A DNA stretch of 24,709 bases from Planctomycetota bacterium (GCA_965223505.1 CBDCWP010000036.1:1-24709), one strand, 5' to 3'; counted from the first letter of the stretch, positions 16,101-24,709 are shown. Numbers and translations are program-made. The notes: generated by a model from the sequence alone, not told the origin.

Positions 16101-17704
16101 TCGAAGCCGCCGGGCGAAACGAGGTCGATGCCGGGCGGCTGCGAAGAGCCGGCCGCGGGCGGCGTCGGATCCCAGTCGACGGTCCAGCTGTAGAGGCCCG
16201 TCGGCTCGCCGTTGACGAACACCTGGCTGAGCAGGGGACCGTCGCTCACGCCGTCGTACGGAACGCCGCCGCGGCAGAGCAGTTGCAGGCCCTGCGGTCC
16301 GTGGGTCGCGATGTCCGGGTTGTAGATCTGGCCGACCTCGAACTCGGGCAGCGTGTTGTACTTCGGGCCGCCCACCTGGACGCCCTCGCTCGTGAACGCG
16401 TAGTCGATGCCGAACGGATCCGGCGGCAGCGGAAGCGGGAGCGCGTCCTCGCTCTTGCAGATCTGGAAGGTGTAGTCCTTGAAGGCGTGCTGGCCGCGCT
16501 CGTTCGGAACGAGCGAGCTATACGCATGGACGTAGATCGTGAAGGTGCCTACCCGGCGCGGAATGCCGCTGAACGTGCCGAGGGCCGGACCGAAGTCGCC
16601 CATCGCCAGACCTTCCGGCGGGAAGGGCGCGTAGTTCGGGCCGAGGTCGGCCGGCGCCGGATAGGTCGCCGGGCTGCCGACGCCGAGCACGTTGCTCGCC
16701 AGGCCCGTCGCGTCGATCGAGAAGCCGGTGCCGTTCAGGTCGGCGTTGATCGTCGGCGCAAGCGGCGAGTTGAACGAAATGTTGTCGAGCGGATCCGGTA
16801 CGTCGTCCGTCAGGTCGAACAGGAACGGCGGGACGCCGTCGACGAGCTGGATCGGCTCGGAGTAGATCGTGCCGGCGCGGCCCTTGGGCAGCGTCTCGGT
16901 CGCGATGATGATCGGGGGCGTGTCGACCTTCCACTGGAGCTTGCGGGTCGAGGAGTTGCCGATCGAGTCCGTGATCTGGAACGTGAACCGGAACGGCGCG
17001 CCGCCGGGGCCGACCTGGCCGGGCTGGCCGACGAGGCTGCAGGAGCCGGGCGGGTTCACGACGCCCAACGGAAGCGTCGCGCTGTCGAACTGATCGAGCG
17101 GATCGTCGATGAGGTCGCAGGAGTACGGCGGAACGCCGCCGGCGCCGATCAGGTCGATCGCGGCGAACTGGCCGAAGACGACGGTCTCGAGCGCGTCGGC
17201 GTCGTTGAACTTCTGCGGGTCGGTGTAGTCGGCCACCGGAATGATCGCCGGGCTCGCCGCGACGATCTGCACCGGACCGATGCCCACGTCCATCACGAAG
17301 GGCATGGTCGTCGTCAGGAACGGGGTGCAGCTCGTATCGGTGATCTGAATGACGAACTCGAAGTGTCCGTCCTCGAGGAAGATCCCCGTCAGGTGGTGAC
17401 GGTGGTTGTTGCCGACCGGATCCGCGGTGTCGTCCGTCGCGATGCCGTCGGGCATGCCGCCGTTGACGCCGGGCGAGATCACCTGGACCACGTACGGGCC
17501 GCCGCATCCGCCATCGATCGGGATCTCGAAATCGAACTGCTGGCCGGACTCGAGTCCGGGAGGCAGGCTCGCGCTCGTGATGACCAGCGGGTTCAGCGCT
17601 GCGCGGAACCCCTTCCCGCTACCACAAGCCGGCAACGCAATCAGCGTGACGGCGATCAAGCCGACCCACGCGAATTTCAATGTGCTCTTGGTGAAATTAG
17701 GCAT
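13109..17704 (-). CDS. Large (1531 aa) lipoprotein with about four putative-Ig (He_PIG-like) domains and a beta-rich C-terminal region
   Basis: Lipobox LPA-C27; repeats ITSASLPPG..GGCGGPY, GAGGVPPY, IATETLPKG..DGVPPF, LPEFEVG..RGGVP; propeller-like motifs (AVSPDGRF, FTKDGDGL, STDGRFFY, VSDDGTRM); SD GGAGAGG. Confidence 0.85.
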   Translation of the reverse strand: MPNFTKSTLKFAWVGLIAVTLIALPACGSGKGFRAALNPLVITSASLPPGLESGQQFDFEIPIDGGCGGPYVVQVISPGVNGGMPDGIATDDTADPVGNNHRHHLTGIFLEDGHFEFVIQITDTSCTPFLTTTMPFVMDVGIGPVQIVAASPAIIPVADYTDPQKFNDADALETVVFGQFAAIDLIGAGGVPPYSCDLIDDPLDQFDSATLPLGVVNPPGSCSLVGQPGQVGPGGAPFRFTFQITDSIGNSSTRKLQWKVDTPPIIIATETLPKGRAGTIYSEPIQLVDGVPPFLFDLTDDVPDPLDNISFNSPLAPTINADLNGTGFSIDATGLASNVLGVGSPATYPAPADLGPNYAPFPPEGLAMGDFGPALGTFSGIPRRVGTFTIYVHAYSSLVPNERGQHAFKDYTFQICKSEDALPLPLPPDPFGIDYAFTSEGVQVGGPKYNTLPEFEVGQIYNPDIATHGPQGLQLLCRGGVPYDGVSDGPLLSQVFVNGEPTGLYSWTVDWDPTPPAAGSSQPPGIDLVSPGGFDSGVLAVVNQAIMQSQGRQIIELTVADQQLPTGPGGCTNITSGHFGLSVGPDTVIITESSTSDTATTTTSAGQYTMNEYQQRVRKLQVIGGAGLVNNLSDGVAEAAGGDLIGTLPPAVGLGPYDVGKLISGAAGGDPNIDILRVAVNPTGCWDDMSAVNANAARPAQKGDSQHGRTWIGNGYRFSGNYQPSTSCVDLPNADNVPGVAKGTFNKASGVYADGGHLYAFESNNRFGFFIIRNTAKIYVPFAIDKGTYQSFGDSMVQTKAANRHSATRMLQIAVSPDGRFAVCKLHTVSPTTSTSYRDEHANSTRMAIFSLTGETVFPGGRTYVIIEPGAGAVVSTTSDEIQYATAMAMTNEYLYYLIGCYDGYHASYRDHFIMRYEILSGVAAGALAPGSGANWTQNATTPMQTTFHKWDSAFSTVSSFSSSGTTFNTTTNDEMHLFDGANFMENDQAPAPFRINWNGDHCAMLAGPRTTTSGSSVELYRMYAWVDPNGAGFRQVSTNSTARRATMGGGRGYGLSRGPNSYRHWGTYTGPTPGLEINEQGDRIAFVCHDTTASVSPSNSSAWAAYDQKVLACSTTNGWTSASEVDITSNRFASAIIWRFGSLVFTKDGDGLLFWAGYSNRGATSASTSGNDPPQRSFHFSGTYFSWNFNSNTLLGALPTAAGGSSISGGLGNHTASTFSPATTNFTTTKGVIRPIGGFKSTDGRFFYVTTMSAVSGSNQTANQLIGFNIASLTGPSINGKTAGRGFLLTGWPQQYGFLPGYHYYPHYALDFRYYAPGRSAGFSRQVVAKDTGWVFFAAHYQWRGPNNFTGTSSFSAVSGPETATYWADEGFRGGQIFGFDPNVAGEIARLNHDGLASLNSTSSTAVTSIIVSDDGTRMIYQYNAGGSTRRHDRERIGIIRDIGFDATTGAISAGFNNAQDSKTSDGNNGRAGASMAVDTGGTKYYYAYRSGATNNNAMQLVEANFDPATGNVTHVRLGNANFSVLKSGR

Positions 17705-17936
17705 GGCCTCTCCCAGGCTGTTCTGGCTCCCGCGCCCTGTGGGAACCTCGAGAAACCCCAGGACGCGATCAAATCTAGAGCCATCCTACCGACCCACGGT
17801 GTCGCCCCGCAGGGATCACACGACGACGCCGATCCGATAGGAAGCTCGAAGGGCAGAGCGTACCGGCACCTGCCCACGGCGGCTAGATCCAACCAGCAAT
17901 TACGCCCGGCTGGAGACCGTCCGCCCGACGCTCTAG

Positions 17937-17952
17937 TGCAACCCCCGAACCG
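17937..17952 (-). promoter_or_regulatory. Candidate sigma54 -24/-12 promoter of the lipoprotein gene
   Basis: Minus strand CGGTTCGGGGGTTGCA has GG-N10-GC spacing with a canonical TTGCA; the -24 half deviates from TGGCAC. Confidence 0.45.
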
Positions 17953-18197
17953 ATGGACGGGAAGAGGGCGTTTTTTGGCGTAACTTACTTTTGTGAAACG
18001 CCTTACAGCACCGCATGCGGGCGCATCCGCAGCGTCGGATTCCTCACCGCCGCCGCGGGCCGTGCGAAACCGCACAGCGGCCCGTTCGGAGGCTGGGACG
18101 AAGTGCTATCCGAGCGACACAGGCGCGGTCGATCACGCATGCGTAGAAACGCCGGCGACGCGCGGATGGAACCACGATTCGGCGACGGTCGCGCCGA

Positions 18198-19769
18198 CTA
18201 GGGAAGCACCCCGAGCGCCTGCGCCGCGTCGTGCGCCCAGTCGAAGAAGGGCGGCATGAAGACGCCCATGACCAGCATGCCCACGATCCCGACCCAAAGC
18301 ACCGTCTTCGCCGAGGCGGGAATGCCGATCGGTTGCAGCTCGTGCTCGTCTTCCGGAGACGCGAAGTACATGTCCTTGATCCACACGAGATAGAAGTAGA
18401 GCGAGATGACGACGCCGATCGCGCCGACGATCGCCAACGTGTACAGCCCCTTGTCCACCGCGGCGTTCAGCAGCAGGAACTTCCCGAAGAAGCCCGACAT
18501 CGGCGGCACGCCGGCGAGCGAGAGCAGCGAGAGCGCCATCGCCAACGCGAGGAACGGCGAACGCTTCCAGAGACCGTGATACGCCTGCGACTCGTGCGTG
18601 CCCATGACGCCGCCCACGAGCATGACGACCGTGAAGGCGGTGACCGACGTGACGATGTACGCCATGAGGTAGAAGAGGATGGCACTCGTGCCCGTCACGG
18701 CTTCGCCGAGGGGCGTCGCGCCGTCGCCGGCCCCCTGCGCGATGGCGGCGAAGCCCATGAGCAGATAGCCGGCGTGGCCGATCGACGAGTAGGCCAGCAT
18801 GCGCTTGATCGAACGCTGCGGCAGCGCGCCGAGCGTGCCGAACAGCAGCGTCACGATCGCCGCCGCGCCGAGCAGCGGCACCCAGCTCGTCAGGCTCTCC
18901 GGATTCGCGGCGAGCGCGGGCATGACCGCGGCCTGCATGAGCCGCAGCATCAGGATCAGGCCGGCGCCCTTCGACGCGGTGGCCAGGAACGCGGTCACCG
19001 GCGTGGGCGCGCCCTGATACACGTCCGGAATCCAGACGTGGAACGGAACGCCGCCGATCTTGAAGAACAGGCCGACGAACATCAGGCCCAGGCCCGCGAT
19101 CAGCAGCGCGTCGACCGCGCCGTCGGTCGCGACGACGCGCGAGAGCACCTCGAAGGACAGGCTGCCCGTCGCGCCGTAGGTGAACGCGATGCCCAGCAGC
19201 AGCAATGCCGTGGAGACGGCGCCGATGACCAGGTACTTGAGCCCGGCCTCGGTCGACTTGAGATCGTTGCGCTTGAACGCCGCGAGGATGTACGCGCTGA
19301 TCGTGACGAGCTCCAGGCAGATGAACAGCGTCAACAGGTCCGACACGCCCGAGACGAGCATGACGCCCGCCAGCGCGAACATCAGCAGCGCGTAGAACTC
19401 GCCGTGGCCCTTGTCCATGCGGCGCGTGTAGCCCATCGAGAGCAACACGAGCAGCATGCCGCCGGCGACGGTGAGGACGCGGCAAAAGATCGAGAAATCG
19501 TCCGAGCGCCAGCCGGTCAGCTGGGTGCCGTCGTCGGCGTCCGTGACGAGCATGGCCACGCCGGTCATCTGCTCGACCGGCATGAAGACGAGCAGGAGGA
19601 ACGCGATCGCGAGCCCGGCGAGACAGGACGTCGCCGTCGCGACGGCGCGGCGGCCGGCCGGCAGCATGAGCTCGGTGACGACGGCGCCCAGGCCGGCCCC
19701 GATCACGATGAACTCCGGCAGGAGCAGGCGCAGGTTGAGGTTGTCGGTGATGTGGGCCAGGAACGTCAC
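18198..19769 (-). CDS. nuoN: NADH-quinone oxidoreductase subunit N
   Basis: LFICLEL, STEAGLKY, FKIGGVPFHVWIPDVYQGAPTPVTAFL, KRMLAYSSIGHAGY, SLAGVPPMSGFFGK. Confidence 0.96.
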   Translation of the reverse strand: MTFLAHITDNLNLRLLLPEFIVIGAGLGAVVTELMLPAGRRAVATATSCLAGLAIAFLLLVFMPVEQMTGVAMLVTDADDGTQLTGWRSDDFSIFCRVLTVAGGMLLVLLSMGYTRRMDKGHGEFYALLMFALAGVMLVSGVSDLLTLFICLELVTISAYILAAFKRNDLKSTEAGLKYLVIGAVSTALLLLGIAFTYGATGSLSFEVLSRVVATDGAVDALLIAGLGLMFVGLFFKIGGVPFHVWIPDVYQGAPTPVTAFLATASKGAGLILMLRLMQAAVMPALAANPESLTSWVPLLGAAAIVTLLFGTLGALPQRSIKRMLAYSSIGHAGYLLMGFAAIAQGAGDGATPLGEAVTGTSAILFYLMAYIVTSVTAFTVVMLVGGVMGTHESQAYHGLWKRSPFLALAMALSLLSLAGVPPMSGFFGKFLLLNAAVDKGLYTLAIVGAIGVVISLYFYLVWIKDMYFASPEDEHELQPIGIPASAKTVLWVGIVGMLVMGVFMPPFFDWAHDAAQALGVLP

Positions 19770-21409
19770 TTCGCGTCCCCCTCGGCGCCGGTCTCCTCGA
19801 GCGGGCGCGCGACGTCCCCCATCTCCAGGACCACGCCGGACTTACGCGTGTCGGTGAGCTCGGGCGGGTCGTCGAGCCGGTCCATGAGCGGCGTCGTGCC
19901 CTGCTCGATGACGTCGATCATCGGCTGCGGGTAGAAACCGAAGAAGACGAGCACCGCGATCAAGATCACGTACGGCGCCTTCTCGACCGGCGTGCGCGCG
20001 TCCTTGAGCTTCTCCCAGCGCGGCGAGATCTCACCGAACCAGGCGTCCTTGACGGCGCGCAGCAGGTAGACACCGGTGATGACGAGGCCCCAGACGGCGA
20101 GGATCGCCGGCACCTTCGTGATCAGCGTCGTGCTCTCCCACGCCGCGATGATCACCATCAGCTCGCTGGCGAAGTTCGCGAAGCCCGGCAGGCCGGCCGA
20201 CGCCATCGACGCGATGATGAAGCACGTACCGGCGAACGGCATCACCTTCATCAGGCCGCCGAGGTCGTCGAGCATGCGCGTGTGCGCCTGGTCGTAGAAC
20301 CAACCGATGAGCGAGAAGGCCAGGGCCGTCATGATGCCGTGCGCGAACATCAGGAACACGGCGCCTTCCATACCGATGGCGGTCATGGAGGCGATGCCGA
20401 GCAGCACGTAGCCCATGTGGCTCGACGACGAGTAGCCGATGATCAGCTTCATGTCGCGTTGCGACACGGCGACGAGGCCGCCGTAGACGATGTTCATGCA
20501 GCAGATCAACCCGACGTACGGCAGGTAGAACTCGGCCGCGTGCGGGAAGTAGGTGAGCGCGATGCGCAGGATACCGAAGGCGCCGAGCTTCATGAGCACG
20601 CCCGCGTGCAGCATCGAGACGGCGGCGGGCGCCGCGGCGTGGCCCGCCGGGCTCCAGGAATGCAGCGGCCACATCGGAACCAGGCTGCCGAAGCCGATGA
20701 AGATCACCGGGAACCACAGCATCTGGAAGCTCGCGTCGAAGTCGACGGTCTCCAGAAGCACCATGTTGAAGGTGCCGTAGCCGAGCGCGCTCGCGGACTC
20801 GGTGTAGGTCGCGATAAGGCCGACGAGCGCGAACACGGCGCCCGTGCTCAGCAGCAGCACCAGCTTCATGGTCGCGTACTTCTGATCGACGGTGCGGGTG
20901 GTGCTGCCCCAGATCCCGATCAACAGGAACATGGGGATCACGGCCAGCTCGTAGAAGAAGTAGTAGAAGAACAGATCGAGCGACATGAAGACGCCGAAGA
21001 CGCCGGTCACCAGCGCCATCAGCGAGATGTAGTACTCCTTGACCCGCGTTCGGATCGTGTAGGAGACCATCACGCCGCAGAATATGATGAACGCCGTCAG
21101 CAGGACCATCGCCATGCCGATGCCGTCCACGCCGATGAAGAACGACAGGTCCAGGACGTCGCGGTCGATCCACTGGATCTTCTGCGTGTGCTTGTAGACG
21201 TGCTCGACGCCCGAGGCCGACGAGACGACGCCGTCTGCGCCGGGCGGCGCGTCGTGGAAGCCGATGAACAGCACCAGCGACGTCACGAGCGCGATGCCCG
21301 TCGCGACCGTGCAGATCGCGCGCACCAGGCGGTCGTTGCCGTCCTTGACCCAAAACAGCAGGAGGGCCGCGATCGCGGGCGCCAGAAGGATGATCAGCAG
21401 CGGACTCAT
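19766..21409 (-). CDS. nuoM: NADH-quinone oxidoreductase subunit M
   Basis: GVDG, FFYELAVIPMFLLIGIWG, PLHSW, AGVLMKLG, YSSSSHMG, GLPGFANFASE; 4-nt overlap with nuoN. Confidence 0.95.
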   Translation of the reverse strand: MSPLLIILLAPAIAALLLFWVKDGNDRLVRAICTVATGIALVTSLVLFIGFHDAPPGADGVVSSASGVEHVYKHTQKIQWIDRDVLDLSFFIGVDGIGMAMVLLTAFIIFCGVMVSYTIRTRVKEYYISLMALVTGVFGVFMSLDLFFYYFFYELAVIPMFLLIGIWGSTTRTVDQKYATMKLVLLLSTGAVFALVGLIATYTESASALGYGTFNMVLLETVDFDASFQMLWFPVIFIGFGSLVPMWPLHSWSPAGHAAAPAAVSMLHAGVLMKLGAFGILRIALTYFPHAAEFYLPYVGLICCMNIVYGGLVAVSQRDMKLIIGYSSSSHMGYVLLGIASMTAIGMEGAVFLMFAHGIMTALAFSLIGWFYDQAHTRMLDDLGGLMKVMPFAGTCFIIASMASAGLPGFANFASELMVIIAAWESTTLITKVPAILAVWGLVITGVYLLRAVKDAWFGEISPRWEKLKDARTPVEKAPYVILIAVLVFFGFYPQPMIDVIEQGTTPLMDRLDDPPELTDTRKSGVVLEMGDVARPLEETGAEGDAK

Positions 21410-21417
21410 CTACCTCC

Positions 21418-23475
21418 CTAGTGCGTCACGACCTGGATGAGCACGAGGCACAGGACCACCGCGGCCCCGAGCACGAACGACGTCACGTAGCCGTTCAACC
21501 GGCCCGTCTGCGCGCGGCGCAGGCTGTCGCCTCCGACGCGGAAGAGCTGCGCGGTGCCGTTCACGAGCGCCTGGATGACGACCCAGCGCTCGAACCACCA
21601 GCACACCTTCGCGATGCCCTGCTGCACGCTCTTCACGAGCCAGAGATAGAACGTGTCGATGTAGTACAGCCGGTCCCACAGCGTCCACAGCGGACCCAGT
21701 TTCGTCTTGAGCGGGTCGTCCTCGAGGGACGGCGCTCGGTAGTACACCACGTACGCGAGCGCCAGCCCGGCCAGCGCGACCACGGTCGAGATCAGCGCCA
21801 CCGACATGTGGAACTCGGCCGGTCCGCCGACGTGCCACGCGTGCAGGAAGTGCTCGAAGCGGTTGTTCTGTCCAGGAATGCCGACGAAGCCGATGAACAC
21901 GCTGAAGATCGCGAGGACCCACAGCGGGACCGTCATGACCTTCGGGCTCTCGTGCACGTCCGCATGGCCGCGGTAGTCGCGGAAGAACGTCAGGATCCAC
22001 GCGCGGCCCATGTAGAAGGCCGTCATGCCGGCGACCAGCGTGCCGAGGCCCCAGAGCGGCATGGCGCCCCAGACCTGGTTGCTGTTCTGAACCGCGCCGA
22101 GGATCTCGTCCTTCGACCAGAATCCCGCGAGTGGGAAGATGCCGCACAACGCCAGCGTGCCGATCGCCCACGTCAGGTGCGTGGACTTCATCTTCGTGCG
22201 CAGGCCGCCCATCTGGAACATGTCCTGCTCGTGGTGGCAGCCGTGGATGACGCTGCCGGCGCACAGGAAGAGCAGCGCCTTGAAGAAGGCGTGCGTCGTC
22301 AGGTGGAACATCGCGGCGGTGTACGAGCCGGCGCCGAGCGCCATCGCCATGTAGCCGAGCTGCGAAAGCGTCGAGTAGGCGAGCACCTTCTTGATGTCGC
22401 GCTGGGTGATCGCCATCGTCGCGGCGATGAACGCCGTGATGCCGCCGAGCCACGCGAGCAACGTCGGCGCCCACGACACGTTGTCGAAGAGGAAGTAGCA
22501 GCGGATGATCATGTAGATGCCGGCCGCGACCATGGTGGCGGCGTGCATCAGCGCGGAGACGGGCGTCGGGCCTTCCATGGCGTCGGGCAGCCACACGTGC
22601 AGCGGGAACTGGGCGCTCTTGCCCATCGCGCCGCAGAAGACGAGCGCGGCCGCGATCGCAGCCCAGACGGCGCCGTCGAACAAGACCGTCGGCTCCCAGC
22701 TCTGAACGGCGCTGCCGATCACGCTGAAGTCGAACGCGCCGTACTTCGAGATCGCCGGCGCGAGCGCGGCGACCTTGTCGGCCCCGAGCTCGGCCACCCG
22801 CGCGGCGTCCGTGACGTCGAGCAGCCCTCCCACGGCCGCCCACACCATCAGGATGCCGAGCAGGAACCCGAAGTCGCCGACGCGGTTCGTGAGGAACGCC
22901 TTCTTGGCGGCCTCGCCCGCGGAGTGCTTCTTCCAGTAGTAGCCGATCAGCAGGTACGAAGACGCGCCCACCAGCTCCCAGAAGATGAACGTCTGGAAGA
23001 AGTTGGGCGAGAGCACGATGCCGAGCATCGAGAACACGAAGAGCGAGAACTTGGCGAAGAAGCGGCCCTCGCTCGGGTCGCCGTGCATGTAGCCGCGCGC
23101 GTAGACGAAGATCGCCAGCCCGACACCGGTGACGACGAGCGTCATGTTGAGCGACAGCGCGTCCAGGCGGGTGCCGAACGTGATCTTCAGGTCGTCGCCG
23201 ACCACGATCCAGTTGACGATGTACTCGTACACGTCGCCCGCGGCGGCGCCGCCCGTCAGGTGCGGCACGAAGTAGTAGAAGAACGTGATGCAGAAGCCGA
23301 GCGCGACGCCGCCGATGGCGAGCAACCCGGCCAACGAGTTGTTCTTGCGCAGCGCCGGCAGGCAGGTGATGAGCACCGCGACGAACAGCGGCGTGAACAG
23401 CACGAGCCACGGCGCCCAGGACGCGAAGCCCTCGGTCACGAACGTGCCCGCGTCGGCGGCCAGGAAGGACGGCAT
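21418..23475 (-). CDS. nuoL: NADH-quinone oxidoreductase subunit L
   Basis: FIFWELVG, KAFLTNRVGDFG, GKSAQFPLHVWLPDAMEGPTPVSALMHAATMV, DIKKVLAYST. Confidence 0.97.
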   Translation of the reverse strand: MPSFLAADAGTFVTEGFASWAPWLVLFTPLFVAVLITCLPALRKNNSLAGLLAIGGVALGFCITFFYYFVPHLTGGAAAGDVYEYIVNWIVVGDDLKITFGTRLDALSLNMTLVVTGVGLAIFVYARGYMHGDPSEGRFFAKFSLFVFSMLGIVLSPNFFQTFIFWELVGASSYLLIGYYWKKHSAGEAAKKAFLTNRVGDFGFLLGILMVWAAVGGLLDVTDAARVAELGADKVAALAPAISKYGAFDFSVIGSAVQSWEPTVLFDGAVWAAIAAALVFCGAMGKSAQFPLHVWLPDAMEGPTPVSALMHAATMVAAGIYMIIRCYFLFDNVSWAPTLLAWLGGITAFIAATMAITQRDIKKVLAYSTLSQLGYMAMALGAGSYTAAMFHLTTHAFFKALLFLCAGSVIHGCHHEQDMFQMGGLRTKMKSTHLTWAIGTLALCGIFPLAGFWSKDEILGAVQNSNQVWGAMPLWGLGTLVAGMTAFYMGRAWILTFFRDYRGHADVHESPKVMTVPLWVLAIFSVFIGFVGIPGQNNRFEHFLHAWHVGGPAEFHMSVALISTVVALAGLALAYVVYYRAPSLEDDPLKTKLGPLWTLWDRLYYIDTFYLWLVKSVQQGIAKVCWWFERWVVIQALVNGTAQLFRVGGDSLRRAQTGRLNGYVTSFVLGAAVVLCLVLIQVVTH

Positions 23476-23937
23476 CTAGGCGTTCCCTCCCTCGAGCGCG
23501 TCGAGCGCGGCCGCCACGCCCTCGGCGTGCTCGTCTTCCGGCCTTGGCTCTTCGTCGTGGTGGTGGTCCTCGCCCTCCAGCTTGAGCGTGGGCACGGGGC
23601 CGTAGTCGACCTCGTGCAGCTCGCGCGCCTCGTTGACGTCCGTGGTCTGCCGCAGGCGGAAGACGGCGATGACGATCGCGAGCCCGACCGCGACCTCGGC
23701 GGCGGCGACGGTCATCGCGAAGAAGACGAACACCTGGCCGTCGAGGTTGGCGTGCACGCGCGAGAAGGCGACCAGCGCCAGGTTCGCCGCGTTCAGCATG
23801 ATCTCGACGGACAGCAGCATGATCAGGATGTTGCGGCGGCAGGTCACGCCGACGAGCCCGACGGCGAACAGCGCGATGGCCAGGGCGACCACGCGCTCGA
23901 GCGGCACGGTCGTCGCGAGACTGAGCAGCGCGGCCAT
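23476..23937 (-). CDS. nuoK: NADH-quinone oxidoreductase subunit K with C-terminal extension
   Basis: [20 protein letters not shown] and [11 protein letters not shown]; start ATG 23937 overlaps the nuoJ stop. Confidence 0.94.
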   Translation of the reverse strand: MAALLSLATTVPLERVVALAIALFAVGLVGVTCRRNILIMLLSVEIMLNAANLALVAFSRVHANLDGQVFVFFAMTVAAAEVAVGLAIVIAVFRLRQTTDVNEARELHEVDYGPVPTLKLEGEDHHHDEEPRPEDEHAEGVAAALDALEGGNA

Positions 23938-24509
23938 CACGTCAGCCTCCGCTTCGTGAGGATGACGGCGCCGAGGATCGCCCCGAGCAGCAGGATCGAG
24001 GTGACCTCGAACGACAGCAGCCACGTCTCGAAGATCTGCTCGCCGATGGCCTCCGCGCCGCCGTCGAGCTCCGCGCCGGCCGTGGCCTTGGCGAAGTGCT
24101 GCGGCTCGACGACGCCTGTCTCGGGCGGGTTCGGCTGCGCCGCGTCGACGAGCCGTTGGTCGTCGGCGCCGACCGCGGTGATGAGCGCGTACATGCCCAG
24201 CACGAGCAGCGCGCCGGAGGCGATCACGCCGAGGACGGGCACCCGCGGCGCCGGCGCGTCCTCGAGAGACTCCTTGCGCAGGTCCATCAGCATGATCACG
24301 AAGAGGAACAGCACCATGATGGCGCCCGCGTAGACCAGGACCTGCACGACGGCGACGAAGTACGCCTCCAACAAGACGTAGTTGGCCGCCAGTCCGAAGA
24401 ACATCAGGACGAGCCAGAGCGCCGACACGACGACGTTCTTCCGTGTCACCGCCAGGACGGCGGCGGCCAGCGAAGCGAGGCCGAAGACATAGAAGAGAAT
24501 CGTCGTCAT
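23937..24509 (-). CDS. nuoJ: NADH-quinone oxidoreductase subunit J
   Basis: [19 protein letters not shown] and FEVTSILLL. Confidence 0.95.
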   Translation of the reverse strand: MTTILFYVFGLASLAAAVLAVTRKNVVVSALWLVLMFFGLAANYVLLEAYFVAVVQVLVYAGAIMVLFLFVIMLMDLRKESLEDAPAPRVPVLGVIASGALLVLGMYALITAVGADDQRLVDAAQPNPPETGVVEPQHFAKATAGAELDGGAEAIGEQIFETWLLSFEVTSILLLGAILGAVILTKRRLT

Positions 24510-24543
24510 TGCACTCTCGAGGCGGCGTCTGCGAAGGCGCCGG

Positions 24544-24709
24544 CTACTTGTTGCTCCACTTCTTGATGGGATCCGGGCGCACGCCGCCCAGCTTGTACAG
24601 GACTTCCTTGTCGTAGATGAGTTCCGCCCGGGTCGCTCCCCAGATGGAGTGTTCCTTCGACATGAAGATCGCCTCTTCGGGGCACGCCTCTTCGCAGAGC
24701 GCGCAGAAG
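24544..24709 (-). CDS. nuoI: NADH-quinone oxidoreductase subunit I, C-terminal fragment (not in ORF track)
   Basis: Manual translation FCALCEEACPEEAIFMSKEH...IYDKEVLYKLGG...KKWSNK*; part of a 4Fe-4S motif, located directly upstream of nuoJ. Confidence 0.92.
   Translation of the reverse strand, partial: FCALCEEACPEEAIFMSKEHSIWGATRAELIYDKEVLYKLGGVRPDPIKKWSNK

Noticed and set aside
13109..17704. Planctomycete membrane-coat-like protein or autotransporter
   Set aside because: No alpha-solenoid region and no C-terminal beta-barrel signature with terminal aromatic residue; it has a lipoprotein signal.
17705..18197. c-di-GMP or other known riboswitch, tRNA, or small ORFs (17677-18075, 17953-18201)
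   Set aside because: No recognisable consensus or cloverleaf; the ORFs lack the codon bias of real genes here.
21421..24333. 970-aa plus-strand ORF and other long antisense ORFs (e.g. 3156-5024, 14435-16060, 16283-17983, 18231-19934)
   Set aside because: Antisense shadows of high-GC3 genes; Arg/His/Ala-rich, with no recognisable motifs.
1..24709. CRISPR array, IS element, prophage or defence system
   Set aside because: No spaced direct repeats and no transposase, integrase, nuclease or phage motifs seen; composition looks broadly uniform.

Overview
High-GC bacterial chromosomal segment, very likely PVC superphylum (probably Planctomycetota), because it carries the PVC signature small basic protein. 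Gene order: pdxA (5'-truncated), a membrane-anchored SPOR-type protein, the PVC small basic protein, an exported HEAT-repeat protein, an orphan Fe3+/thiamine-type ABC permease, a class IV PLP aminotransferase, an ECF sigma/anti-sigma pair, a LarA-superfamily racemase/epimerase, a DsbD with two N-terminal domains, queD plus a TetR gene, a small membrane protein, a 1531-aa Ig-repeat lipoprotein, and the distal end of a complex I operon (nuoI partial, J, K, L, M, N). I saw no tRNA, rRNA, CRISPR array or mobile element. The best candidate for a new system is a SigR/SigH-like ECF sigma factor whose anti-sigma lacks the cytoplasmic zinc (ZAS) motif and instead carries an extracytoplasmic CxxCH heme-c motif, near a DsbD. 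Other leads are a secretin-like segment in the HEAT protein, a small beta-domain shared by the HEAT protein and the permease, a sigma54-type promoter arrangement ahead of the giant lipoprotein, and several leaderless genes. All family calls come from motif recognition; no database searches were run.
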